Position numbers and translations under genes: made by a program. A stretch of DNA of 64,000 nucleotides from Candidatus Omnitrophota bacterium. GTDB lineage: Bacteria > Omnitrophota > Omnitrophia > Omnitrophales > Aquincolibacteriaceae. The stretch covers positions 103,781 through 167,780 of the forward strand of contig JAUYMS010000027.1 in assembly GCA_030698625.1 (NCBI GenBank). Reading direction: 5' to 3'. The notes under the pieces are model-generated. The model did not search any database and had not been told where the DNA came from. It saw only the letters and a list, made by a program, of their open reading frames with translations. Positions 45,305-57,204 of the stretch are shown piece after piece; the first letter of the stretch is position 1, and every line of letters starts with the position of its first letter.

Positions 45305-46003
45305 CTAATCTTTTAAAGCCGCTGCCAGCTCTCTATAGATCTCCGGCAACTTTCCGTTCCACTGGTTAAAATAAACCAGGTCCTCGAGCGGAAGCCGACT
45401 CCGCCACCCCGCAGCTTCCAATTCAGGGATCTCCGGGAACTCGCTCACATACCCAAGGCACAGGTACGCCACAATGACATGTTTGGGAGGGATATTTAAT
45501 ATCTCGTGAAGATCTTGGCGGTTGAGAATGCTCACCCACCCCACCCCGATGTTTTCGGCGCGCGCCGCAAGCCAGAGATTCTGAACTGCGCACACCGTCG
45601 AGTACACATCCGTTTCACGCATACTGTTGCGCCCGATGACTTCTCCGGGAATCCGGTTCCGATCGCACGTGACGCATATATTGAGCGGCGACTCCAGGAT
45701 TCCTTCGAGCTTATAAGAAAGATATTTCTCGCGGCGTTCCGCATCAAATTTTTCTGCGGCAGCTTCGCGCTCCCTGAGAAAGGACTCCCGCACGCGTGCC
45801 TTAACACCGACATCGTCAACAACAATAAAACTCCACGGCTGCATGTATCCAACGGACCCGGCGTGATGCGCCGCCTTTAAAATTCGCCCAAGCATCGCAA
45901 CCGGGATGGGTTCCGCCGTGAAGTGTTTTCTTATATCGCGGCGGCCGAAGATCGTTTTGTAAACCGCGTCTCTTTCTGCTGCTGTGATGTCGGGTTGACC
46001 CAT
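45305..46003 (-). CDS. nitroreductase-family protein, BluB (5,6-dimethylbenzimidazole synthase)-like
   Basis: 232 aa. RRDIRKHFTAEPIPVAMLGRILKAAHHAGSVGYMQPWSFIVV matches the BluB/nitroreductase N-terminal block. Confidence 0.6.
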   Translation of the reverse strand: MGQPDITAAERDAVYKTIFGRRDIRKHFTAEPIPVAMLGRILKAAHHAGSVGYMQPWSFIVVDDVGVKARVRESFLREREAAAEKFDAERREKYLSYKLEGILESPLNICVTCDRNRIPGEVIGRNSMRETDVYSTVCAVQNLWLAARAENIGVGWVSILNRQDLHEILNIPPKHVIVAYLCLGYVSEFPEIPELEAAGWRSRLPLEDLVYFNQWNGKLPEIYRELAAALKD

Positions 46004-46488
46004 TACCTTTTTTCCTTGCGGAGATTTCGAAAAAACTCCTGCAGAATTAGACGCGCGTCCTGCTCCAGGATTCCGGAGACAACGTTTAAGGTGTGATTCA
46101 AACGATCGTCCTCAGGAATCCGGTAAAGACTTTCACACGCGCCGGCCTTCGGATCCTTTGCCCCATAAACTAAGGTTTTACACTTCGTCAGAACCAGCGC
46201 TCCCGCACACATAGAACACGGTTCAAGGGTCACATAAAGAGTCGCTCCTTCGAGCGAACCGCGATGGCCCTCTTTGCCCTGGGAAACGGTTTCAGACGCT
46301 TGGGTAAGCGCGATCATTTCGGCGTGCGCTGTCGGATCCTTGAGCGTTTCCATCTGATTGTGGGCGCGCCCTACGATTCGGTTTTTCCAAATCACAACAG
46401 CGCCCACAGGCGCTTCGCCCTTGTCGAATGCGAGCTTGGCCTGCTTTAACGCTTCGCGCATATAGTGTTCGTGAACCGAATCGCTCAT
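46003..46488 (-). CDS. tadA: tRNA adenosine(34) deaminase
   Basis: 161 aa with the CDA-fold zinc motifs HAEMIAL and TLEPCSMCAGAL. Confidence 0.85.
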   Translation of the reverse strand: MSDSVHEHYMREALKQAKLAFDKGEAPVGAVVIWKNRIVGRAHNQMETLKDPTAHAEMIALTQASETVSQGKEGHRGSLEGATLYVTLEPCSMCAGALVLTKCKTLVYGAKDPKAGACESLYRIPEDDRLNHTLNVVSGILEQDARLILQEFFRNLRKEKR

Positions 46489-46560
46489 AAGACAACAATG
46501 ACTCGTGGCTTATCGCCACGAGCCACGACGTGTGTTCAGCTCTTTATAAAAATATAGGTT

Positions 46561-46637
46561 TGGTGCGCCCGGTAGGAGTTGAACCTGCAACCTCCTCATC
46601 CGTAGTGAGGCGCTCTATCCAATTGAGCTACGGGCGC
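46561..46637 (-). tRNA. tRNA-Arg (anticodon ACG)
   Basis: Reverse-complement GCGCCCGTAGCTCAATTGGATAGAGCGCCTCACTACGGATGAGGAGGTTGCAGGTTCAACTCCTACCGGGCGCACCA. Cloverleaf with the anticodon loop CTACGGA and CCA encoded. The T-stem has one C-A mismatch. Confidence 0.8.
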
Positions 46638-46838
46638 ATGGTGTTTCAAAAGAATGCTAATTATACCTATTCCGCAGGGGAATGCAAAAGCTCGCTACTC
46701 CTGTTCGGAAAAAGAGATAGAACATTTGTGAAGCAAAAATTGGCTTGTCTTAGTGGCGCTATGTGGTGATTTGTGGTGCTCTATAATGATCTATTATATT
46801 GCCTTGATTGTGCGATTATAGCATGTTACGTTTTAATT

Positions 46839-47747
46839 ATGGCAGAGATAGTTAAATGCTTTAGGAAGTGTTGGTGTGCTCCAACGCAGCTGTTTGGGAT
46901 CCTTGGGTATGCTCTGCTCGCATTCCTTTTAAGCTATACATCCCCTGTTCTTGCAGATGACAGCTTGGGGGAAACATCCGGGGGAAATCCGTCGAGTCCA
47001 CCCGCCATATCCATAGAAGACGCTGATGCGCGCACAGTGAAATTGCGGGGCCATATGGCCCTCATGTCGGCTAGCGGCAGTTTTTCATTCAAGGGCGTGG
47101 TGGAGCGAGTTGCAGTAGCTGTACCTTCGGCATCGCAAGTCGTGAGACGCCAGTCAACCACTCCGACCTTTGTATCAGAGATTCGAGCTGCTACTGCCGT
47201 GCTGCGGCAAACCGAGGGTTTGAGTGCGGCGGTGCTTAACGAACAGATCAAACAGATTATTCAGAACCGTTCTGCGGAATCAACGTCAGACAATAGCAAT
47301 AATTTTAAACGCCCGGTTGCGATGCCAAACAATCTCGAAAACCCCAGCATGTCTGACCCTAAAGCCGAAGAGCGGAGAAAAGCTCTCGCGGAATTGCTGC
47401 ATCGAATTAACCATGGCCTCGGAGAGAAACCAGAGGACGATTCCAAAACCGAGGATGGGGTAGATGGCTTCCCCTTCGCCGACGCCCTATCCGGGCATAT
47501 GCTGACACAATCCGAGGAGGGCGGAGAAAATCCTCAATCACAGGTTCTTAAGAGCAGACGCGATCAGCGCCGCGAGCAACAGCGTGAGGCAAGAAGCCTG
47601 AAGATCAAAAGAGATGCCCATGAGAATCAGCGCTCTCTGCTACGAACGCTTTTCGGGAGGCAATTATCATTCCATAGTGAACGCGACGAACACCCCCGGG
47701 GACATCTTCTCCCCAACCCCAACTCAGCACCCAATATCACATCTTAG
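46839..47747 (+). CDS. hypothetical secreted low-complexity protein
   Basis: Starts at the ATG at 46839 (MAEIVKCFRKCWCAPTQLFGILGYALLAFLLSYTSPVLADD, a signal-peptide-like N-terminus). The remainder is a Ser/Glu/Arg/Gln-rich polar sequence with no recognisable domain. It is preceded by an unusually AT-rich 200 bp with a TATAAT at 46782-46787. The track ORF starts earlier at 46773 inside the AT-rich leader. Confidence 0.4.
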   Translation: MAEIVKCFRKCWCAPTQLFGILGYALLAFLLSYTSPVLADDSLGETSGGNPSSPPAISIEDADARTVKLRGHMALMSASGSFSFKGVVERVAVAVPSASQVVRRQSTTPTFVSEIRAATAVLRQTEGLSAAVLNEQIKQIIQNRSAESTSDNSNNFKRPVAMPNNLENPSMSDPKAEERRKALAELLHRINHGLGEKPEDDSKTEDGVDGFPFADALSGHMLTQSEEGGENPQSQVLKSRRDQRREQQREARSLKIKRDAHENQRSLLRTLFGRQLSFHSERDEHPRGHLLPNPNSAPNITS

Positions 47748-47890
47748 GCATTAAGCGCTCACCTCAAACCTCGCGATTATCCGCAAAGATATTCCTCTGG
47801 GTATTATCCAATTCCGCTGGAGCAATTCGGCATGCTGTTTGGGACAACGCTAGGAAATGGTGCCGCCTTAATTCGTGGGGGAATAAGTAC

Positions 47891-47980
47891 GGAGAGGGGG
47901 GGATTCGAACCCCCGGTAGAGTGTTACCCCTACAGCGGTTTAGCAAACCGCCGCACTAAGCCGGGCTATGCGACCTCTCC
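47891..47980 (-). tRNA. tRNA-Ser (anticodon GCT)
   Basis: Reverse-complement GGAGAGGTCGCATAGCCCGGCTTAGTGCGGCGGTTTGCTAAACCGC...GGGGGTTCGAATCCCCCCCTCTCCG. The anticodon stem is GCGGT/ACCGC with loop TTGCTAA, plus a long variable arm. CCA is not encoded. Confidence 0.8.
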
Positions 47981-48007
47981 ATAAATGAATAGTGCTCAAT
48001 TAGACTT

Positions 48008-48091
48008 CGGAGGGCGAGGGACTCGAACCCCCAAGTCCTTTCGGACGGCGGTTTTCAAGACCGCTGCCTTGCCAATTCGGCGCAGCCCTCC
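48008..48091 (-). tRNA. tRNA-Ser (anticodon TGA)
   Basis: Reverse-complement GGAGGGCTGCGCCGAATTGGCAAGGCAGCGGTCTTGAAAACCGCCGTCCGAAAGGACTTGGGGGTTCGAGTCCCTCGCCCTCCG. The anticodon arm GCGGT-CTTGAAA-ACCGC and variable arm CGTCCGAAAGGAC closely parallel tRNA-Ser(UGA) of model bacteria. The acceptor/D-arm junction is slightly non-canonical, so ends are +/-2 nt. Confidence 0.7.
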
Positions 48092-48099
48092 ATCAAACC

Positions 48100-49353
48100 T
48101 TACGACAGATAGGCTGCCAGCGCCTCCGGAAAGTTAACCTTTCCGTCTGCCGTCTGAAAATTCTCGAGGAGGCAAAGAACCGTTCGCGCCAACGCAACGC
48201 CCGACCCGTTGAGCGTGTGCACAAACTCCACTTTCCCTGTCTTGCTCGACCGATACCGCACATTGATACGTCGCGCCTGAAAATCGCCAAACATACTGCA
48301 ACTCGAAATCTCATACCACTTTTCACTTACCGGCGCCCAGACCTCAAGATCATAACACTTTGACGATGCAAAACTCATGTCCCCGCTCCCAAGAAGCACG
48401 ACGCGATAAGGAAGTTCGAGGGCCTGTAAAATTGCTTCGGCATTTTCAACCAGCGTTTCTAATTCTTCGGACGCGCTCTCCGGTTTCACAAATTTGACCA
48501 TCTCAACTTTATCAAATTGATGCACGCGCGACAAACCCCGCGTGTCTTTTCCGTACGACCCTGCTTCCCGGCGAAAGCACGGCGAATACGCCACGTACCG
48601 CACAGGCAACTGCTTTTCGTCCAGAGTCTCATCCCTTAACAGATTCGTCACCGGCACTTCAGCTGTTGGAACTAGAAACAAATCATCGTCTCGCAAAGCG
48701 TACATGTCTTCTTCTAAATTCGGCAATTGCCCCGTTCCGGTCATCGACGTCCGGTTGACCAATGCCGGCGGCCACACTTCCGTGTAGCCGTGTTTGGAGA
48801 CATGGAGATCGACCATGAAGTTGATCAGTGTTCGCTCCAGCTTCGCCCCAAAGCCCTGGTACACAGGGAACGCTGAGCCGGTGATCTTACTGCCGCGCTC
48901 CATGGAAAGCCAGCCCAAATCCTTGGCTAAATCAAGGTGATCTTTAGCCGCGAAATCATGTTTTCGGGGCTCCCCCCAGGTCCGAACCACCTTATTACCC
49001 GTAGTGCCGCGTGCGACAGGCACTGTTTCATCGGGTAAGTTTGGGATTGTATACATAATAGTGGCGATTTTTTCTTCAATATCCCCCACTTCTGTATCAA
49101 TTTCTTTTATTTGTTGGGATGACGTCTTAATCGTGGAAATAACCGTTTCCGCAGATTCGCCCTTCTTCTTCAGTCTGGAGATTTCGTCATTGGCCTGGTT
49201 GCGTTGGGATTTAAGTTGCTCGACATCCTGAATGAGGTTACGTCTTCGCCGGTCCAGATCCAGAAGTTCATCTAGGGGGAGGGTGGCTCCTTTGGCAGCA
49301 AGGCCCTGTTGTGCGGCGTCAGGATTTTCCCTTATCCACCTGATGTCGAGCAC
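48100..49353 (-). CDS. serS: seryl-tRNA synthetase
   Basis: 417 aa with an N-terminal coiled-coil arm and a class II aaRS core (FRREAGS, GSGVAL-type motifs: YSPCFRREAGSYGKDTRGLSRVHQFDKVE and TLNGSGVALARTV). Confidence 0.9.
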   Translation of the reverse strand: MLDIRWIRENPDAAQQGLAAKGATLPLDELLDLDRRRRNLIQDVEQLKSQRNQANDEISRLKKKGESAETVISTIKTSSQQIKEIDTEVGDIEEKIATIMYTIPNLPDETVPVARGTTGNKVVRTWGEPRKHDFAAKDHLDLAKDLGWLSMERGSKITGSAFPVYQGFGAKLERTLINFMVDLHVSKHGYTEVWPPALVNRTSMTGTGQLPNLEEDMYALRDDDLFLVPTAEVPVTNLLRDETLDEKQLPVRYVAYSPCFRREAGSYGKDTRGLSRVHQFDKVEMVKFVKPESASEELETLVENAEAILQALELPYRVVLLGSGDMSFASSKCYDLEVWAPVSEKWYEISSCSMFGDFQARRINVRYRSSKTGKVEFVHTLNGSGVALARTVLCLLENFQTADGKVNFPEALAAYLS

Positions 49354-49355
49354 AA

Positions 49356-51851
49356 CTATGTCCCCGCCTTGCCCTTTTTCTCAAGGTCCAGTTCGGGATT
49401 TTCCTCTTCCTTTTCGACGACCCGTGCAGCGGCAGCGACTTTATCGTTGCCTTTAAGACGAATCACACGAACACCGACGGCATTGCGCCCGGAAGTGCGA
49501 ATCTGATCCACGGGGCACCGCACCACCATTCCGCCCGAGGTCACGATGATTAGCTCGTCTTGCTCCTGAACAGAAATGACTTTTATTACATTTCCATTTT
49601 TCGCGGCGACTTTTAGGTTGATAATCCCCTTACCGCCGCGGGATTGAATGCGATACTCTTTGAATTTAGTCTTCTTCCCGAATCCCAATTGAGTTATCGT
49701 TAAGGCTGTGGCATTAGGGTCAACGATCTCCATCCCGATCGCCCTATCCCCTTTTCCGAGCGCGATTCCACGAACACCCGAGGCCGTTCGCCCCATCTCG
49801 CGGACGTCTTTTTCCGAAAAGCGAATCGCCTTACCCGCCTGTGTGGGAATAAAAATCTCGTCTTTTCCCGATGTGATTCTGCAAGACACGAGCTCATCTT
49901 TATCGCGTAGCGAAATGGCCGTGATGCCATTTGAACGCGGCCGCGAATACTGAATGAGATTGGTCTTCTTGACGATACCGTTTTTTGTGATCATTACGAC
50001 AAACCGTTTGTCGTCGTACTCCTTAACCTGCAGATAGCTCGATACAACCTCTCCCGGCCTGAGCGACAACAGGTTGACGATAGCCTTCCCCCGTGCCTGG
50101 CGCGAGGCCTGCGGAAGTTCATACGCCTTTCGCCAATAACAGCGGCCCGTGTTCGTAAAAAAGAGGATCGAATCATGCGTGGAAGCTAGAAACATATGCT
50201 GGATAAAATCCTGGTCGTCTCGCAGGCTCGACCCTGTAACGCCGGATCCTCCCCGCCGTTGTTGGCGGTACATCGTCACGGGAATACGTTTTATGTATCC
50301 CGCATACGACATCGTAATAAGAACGTCTTCCTCCGCGATAAGGTCCTCGATCTCCATCTCCTGCTCGGCAGCAACAATCTGCGTTCTGCGCGCGTCGCCA
50401 AACTTTTTCACAACTTCCCGCGACTCCTCCTGGACGATATCGAGAACCTTCTTGCGGCTCTTCAAAACACCCCGGAAATACTCGATCCTTTTGATTAACT
50501 CCAAGTATTCTTCGTCTATTTTTTTGCGTTCCAGCTGAGTCAATCGCTGCAGCTGCATCTCCAAAATGGCCTGTGCCTGTCTGTCGCTTAATTTCAACTT
50601 TGACGTCAGCTCTTCCTTTGCTTCCTGTGGGCTTTTTGAAGCGCGGATAATCTTAATTACCTTGTCGAGATTTGAGATCGCGATTTTCAACCCCTCAAGA
50701 ATATGGGCCCTCTTCTCGGCTTTAGCCAATTCAAAGCGCGTCCGCCGCATGACGACATCCACGCGGAATTCGATGAAATGCTGAATCATTTGTTTCAAAT
50801 TCAAAACTCGCGGCTGGCCACCTACCAATGCCAGCATGATCACGCCGAATGTTTCTTGCATCTGGGTATGTTTGTAGAGAAGATTAAGCACGATTTGCGG
50901 AATGGCGTCCCGCTTGAGCTCGATGACCAAGCGCATACCGTCACGATCCGATTCGTCGCGGATATCATGAATGCCCTCGATCTTCTTGGACTCGACCAGC
51001 CCGGCGGCGGTTTCGATGAGATTGGTCTTGTTGACTTGATACGGAATTTCAGTGATGACAATAGCATCCTTCTTGCCCGTCCCGGTTTCAATGGCCGCCT
51101 TCGCCCGCATCACGATTCTGCCGCGGCCGGTTTCGAACGCATTTCGAATGCCTTCACGGCCCAAGATCGATCCCCCGGTCGGAAAATCGGGACCTTTGAC
51201 TATTTTTAAAAGTTCTTTGATGGTGATGTCGGGATTTTCAATCGTAGCCTCAATTGCCGCCCCGATCTCGGTTAGGTTGTGCGGCGGAATATTCGTCGCC
51301 ATGCCGACAGCGATGCCCCCGGAACCGTTGATGAGAAGATTGGGTAGTGTTGACGGCAACACGGTCGGCTCTTCGAGAGATTCGTCAAAGTTGGCAGTAA
51401 AATCAACGGTCTCCTTATCGATGTCCGAAAGAATTTCATTACTGACAGCAGCGAGACGCGCTTCGGTGTAACGCATGGCCGCCGCACTATCCCCATCGAT
51501 AGAGCCAAAGTTTCCTTGCCCGTCAATGAGCGGATAACGCAGGGAAAAATCCTGCACCATTCGGACCAAAGACTCATACACCGCCACGTCTCCGTGCGGG
51601 TGATATTTCCCGAGCACCTCTCCGACGATACGGGCAGATTTCTTATAGGCTTTATTGTGGGCAAGCCCCAGATCGTTCATGGCAAAAAGAATACGCCGAT
51701 GTACCGGTTTCAAGCCATCGCGTACATCCGGTAGGGCTCGACCCACGATAACCGACATCGCATAATCGATGTAGGAATCCCGCATCTCATCTTCGATGGG
51801 AACAGGAACAATCTTTTCATTTAGTGCGTATAAATTTTTTCCTTCTGCCAT
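49356..51851 (-). CDS. gyrA: DNA gyrase subunit A
   Basis: 831 aa. The N-terminus [36 protein letters not shown]...[10 protein letters not shown] contains the active-site Tyr region, followed by C-terminal beta-pinwheel repeats. Confidence 0.95.
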   Translation of the reverse strand: MAEGKNLYALNEKIVPVPIEDEMRDSYIDYAMSVIVGRALPDVRDGLKPVHRRILFAMNDLGLAHNKAYKKSARIVGEVLGKYHPHGDVAVYESLVRMVQDFSLRYPLIDGQGNFGSIDGDSAAAMRYTEARLAAVSNEILSDIDKETVDFTANFDESLEEPTVLPSTLPNLLINGSGGIAVGMATNIPPHNLTEIGAAIEATIENPDITIKELLKIVKGPDFPTGGSILGREGIRNAFETGRGRIVMRAKAAIETGTGKKDAIVITEIPYQVNKTNLIETAAGLVESKKIEGIHDIRDESDRDGMRLVIELKRDAIPQIVLNLLYKHTQMQETFGVIMLALVGGQPRVLNLKQMIQHFIEFRVDVVMRRTRFELAKAEKRAHILEGLKIAISNLDKVIKIIRASKSPQEAKEELTSKLKLSDRQAQAILEMQLQRLTQLERKKIDEEYLELIKRIEYFRGVLKSRKKVLDIVQEESREVVKKFGDARRTQIVAAEQEMEIEDLIAEEDVLITMSYAGYIKRIPVTMYRQQRRGGSGVTGSSLRDDQDFIQHMFLASTHDSILFFTNTGRCYWRKAYELPQASRQARGKAIVNLLSLRPGEVVSSYLQVKEYDDKRFVVMITKNGIVKKTNLIQYSRPRSNGITAISLRDKDELVSCRITSGKDEIFIPTQAGKAIRFSEKDVREMGRTASGVRGIALGKGDRAIGMEIVDPNATALTITQLGFGKKTKFKEYRIQSRGGKGIINLKVAAKNGNVIKVISVQEQDELIIVTSGGMVVRCPVDQIRTSGRNAVGVRVIRLKGNDKVAAAARVVEKEEENPELDLEKKGKAGT

Positions 51852-51854
51852 GAT

Positions 51855-53186
51855 TTACCCCTTCGTTGGCAAGCTTTTCTTTAGCTTCGCTTTGCTCTTC
51901 TTTTTACCGCTTTTTGCGGTGCGTCCCTTTGAGACATTTGGCTCGTGGGTCAATTCCGCGGTCTTCTCCAGCGCCCGCCCGCTTCGCGGTATTTCGACAA
52001 AAAAGAGGCTTCCCTTTCCAACTTTCGAATGAAATCCAATCTTGCCCCCCAAGCTCGCTACCATCTCTTTTGAAATGGCGAGCCCGAGGCCGTGCCCCAC
52101 GGCCCCGCCTTGTTCACGCAATTGCTTCAAAACTGCGGACTTACTGAAGATAATACGTTTGTCCTTTTCGCTGATTCCAGGCCCCTGATCCTCGACTTCA
52201 AGCCGCACATAATCCTGATGTGACTTGAGGCGCAAATGGATATCCGTGGCCTCGCGCGCATATTTGACGGCGTTATCAATGAGGTTCATCATCACCTCGT
52301 ACATCTTGCGCTCGTTTGTCATAACCCTTGAACGATGATCGCGTTTTTCAGGCAGACTCAATTCAACGTGGACCCGTTTGCGCCTTGCCTTGACCGCAAA
52401 ATTCGCTGCCAGTTCTTCCAGGAGCGCGGCCAAATCGACGTCGGTTGTTTCTGCCACCCCACTCTGAACCTCGGTGGCCATTCCGATTAAGTTATCAAAG
52501 AGGTCTAACAGCCTCTTGATGTTTCTTTTGGCAAGCTCCAAGAACTCCTGCTGAGAGTCGGTGATCGGCCCAAGCTCCCCCTCCTCCATAAGACGGAGAA
52601 CTTCTTGCACGCATGTGAGCGGAATCGCGAAATCGTGCGAGACTTCCGCGATCTGTTGCACAGGCTTCTTTTCAAGCCATTCGATCTCTTTTCGAAGCCG
52701 CTCGTTTTCGATGAGGACGGCGAGTTGCATACCGAACATTTCGAGATCTTTTAACTCTCGCTCGGAAAACTTCGCCCCGCTCTTCTTTTCCGAGATACTG
52801 AGCACGCCGTAAACCTTACCGCGCAACTTCAGCGGAATGCAAATAAACGCTCCGGACCGAAAACCTTTTTCCTTTTTTTCTTTTCGGAAGAGCGGATTTT
52901 TTTCAATGTCGCCGACAAGCAACGCTTCACCCCGCTCGGCTACCCAACCCGCGATGCCTTGCCCGAGCTTGATGCGCGCCTTCGTCTTAAGGCTTGGGCT
53001 GAGCCCTTCGGACTCATGAATAAACAGTTCTCGGCGCGTCTCGTCGAGCAGCATCAACGAGACGCGCTTTACTTTGAAAGATTGCGAGATGCTTCTCAGG
53101 TAAGCCCGGTAAACCGCGTCTATACGGTTTGTCTGCTCGAGCATCTGGTCAACATGGCAAAGCAGCTTCTCTGCTTCTCTCAACAT
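51855..53186 (-). CDS. cytoplasmic sensor histidine kinase with N-terminal GAF domain
   Basis: 443 aa with no TM. A GAF-like N-terminal half is followed by a HisKA-like H-box (AEVSHDFAIPLT) and HATPase_c N/G1/G2 boxes (MMNLIDNAVKYA, DQGPGIS, GHGLGLAISKEMV). It has a Lys-rich C-terminal tail. Only 3-nt spacers separate it from gyrB and gyrA. Confidence 0.8.
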   Translation of the reverse strand: MLREAEKLLCHVDQMLEQTNRIDAVYRAYLRSISQSFKVKRVSLMLLDETRRELFIHESEGLSPSLKTKARIKLGQGIAGWVAERGEALLVGDIEKNPLFRKEKKEKGFRSGAFICIPLKLRGKVYGVLSISEKKSGAKFSERELKDLEMFGMQLAVLIENERLRKEIEWLEKKPVQQIAEVSHDFAIPLTCVQEVLRLMEEGELGPITDSQQEFLELAKRNIKRLLDLFDNLIGMATEVQSGVAETTDVDLAALLEELAANFAVKARRKRVHVELSLPEKRDHRSRVMTNERKMYEVMMNLIDNAVKYAREATDIHLRLKSHQDYVRLEVEDQGPGISEKDKRIIFSKSAVLKQLREQGGAVGHGLGLAISKEMVASLGGKIGFHSKVGKGSLFFVEIPRSGRALEKTAELTHEPNVSKGRTAKSGKKKSKAKLKKSLPTKG

Positions 53187-53189
53187 ACC

Positions 53190-55948
<2,759 letters not shown>

Positions 55949-55950
55949 CT

Positions 55951-57063
55951 TTAATTGAGCTGCATCGGCATGACAACATACAGATAACCATCTTTACCTT
56001 TCAGTAAACCCGGCCTGTCTGCGTCTGTCAGCGAGAAGGAAACCTTTTCAACATCAAGATTCTTCAATACGTCGATTAAATAATTCGGATTGAACCCTAT
56101 AGCGATCTCAGGCCCGTTAAGACTGGCCGGTAATTCCTCTTTCGCTTCCCCCAAATTAGGCGATCTCGATGAAATTAGAATTTTACCTTGGACAAAATCC
56201 ATCTTTACTGCCGGCGACTCAGCGGATGTCAAAAGTGCCGTGCGTTTGACCGCCTGTAAGAAATCTTCGCGGTTGGCTTCTGAAAGGGTTTTTTCTTCTT
56301 TTGGAATCACTTGCTCATAGTTGGGGAAGTTGCCTTCGATGAGCCGGGAAAATAAATAGGTATCGCCGACCTTAAAAATGACCTGATTGTTCGAAGGAAT
56401 AACAGCCAAGTCTCCTTCCCAACCAAGGATTTTCGATAACTCCTGCACGGCCTTGCTCGGAACAATCATATCGAAATCGCGCTTTGTCTTATTTTGGAAA
56501 TCTTTTTCAATGTAGGCCAGCCTGCGGCCGTCAGTTGCAATAAAACGAATCTTATTTTTAATAATCGATACTAAAATCCCATTGAGAACATACCGGGTTT
56601 CATCATTAGATATCGCAAAAGAGGTTAATGTCAGGCTCTCTTTAAAAATGGCTTGCTCCATCTCAAATGCCGCTTCCGGATTCACTTCGGGAAGTTTCGG
56701 GTAGTCTTCTTTCGACAGCCCCATAATCTTAAAGAAAGCCTTTCCTGATTTAATACTTACGGCATTATTTTTAGCAACTGAAACCTCGACGGTTCCTTGC
56801 GGTAACTCCCGCACGATTTCATGAAGCTTTCGGGCGGGAACCGTGATACTGCCGGACTTTTTAACACTCGCTTCAATCTGGGTAGAAATTCCAACTTCAA
56901 GATCGGTGCCTATAACCCTAAGAATGTCTCCGTCTTCAGCTTCTAAAAGAAGGTTTCCTAATATGGGAAGCGTATTTGTTTTTGAAGAGGCCACACTTCC
57001 GGCTAGGCCGATGGCTTTGAGAAATTCCGCCTTCTTAACTTGTATTTCCATGAGTCCTTCCAC
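55951..57063 (-). CDS. dnaN: DNA polymerase III beta sliding clamp
   Basis: 370 aa with three-domain clamp colinearity (…LKAIGLAGSVASSKTNTLPILGNLLLEA…). The true start may be MEIQV (57051). Confidence 0.9.
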   Translation of the reverse strand: MEGLMEIQVKKAEFLKAIGLAGSVASSKTNTLPILGNLLLEAEDGDILRVIGTDLEVGISTQIEASVKKSGSITVPARKLHEIVRELPQGTVEVSVAKNNAVSIKSGKAFFKIMGLSKEDYPKLPEVNPEAAFEMEQAIFKESLTLTSFAISNDETRYVLNGILVSIIKNKIRFIATDGRRLAYIEKDFQNKTKRDFDMIVPSKAVQELSKILGWEGDLAVIPSNNQVIFKVGDTYLFSRLIEGNFPNYEQVIPKEEKTLSEANREDFLQAVKRTALLTSAESPAVKMDFVQGKILISSRSPNLGEAKEELPASLNGPEIAIGFNPNYLIDVLKNLDVEKVSFSLTDADRPGLLKGKDGYLYVVMPMQLN

Positions 57064-57204
57064 CCCGCAAGGTTTTGTTTCTATATTACTTTTCTATTTT
57101 AACAAATAGTCGCAGTAATAGTAACCCCTGTTTATATGTTTATAAGTTTTTTAACTCGTTTCTATGAAATGGTTTACAGAACGGATATCCTGTGCACAAG
57201 TGCT

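Noticed and set aside
48093-48326. ORF 48093..48326 (-) and other short ORFs inside serS, gyrA, gyrB, dnaN and dnaA (e.g. 49700..49930, 50703..51209 +, 53496..53861 +, 56843..57109 +, 57820..58068 +)
   Set aside because: They are nested or antisense shadows within confidently assigned housekeeping genes.
57064-57204. DnaA boxes in the dnaN-dnaA spacer
   Set aside because: The region is very AT-rich and plausible as a DUE. I could not find a 9-mer within 1 mismatch of TTATCCACA. The closest is ATATCCTGT near 57185, which is too divergent to call.
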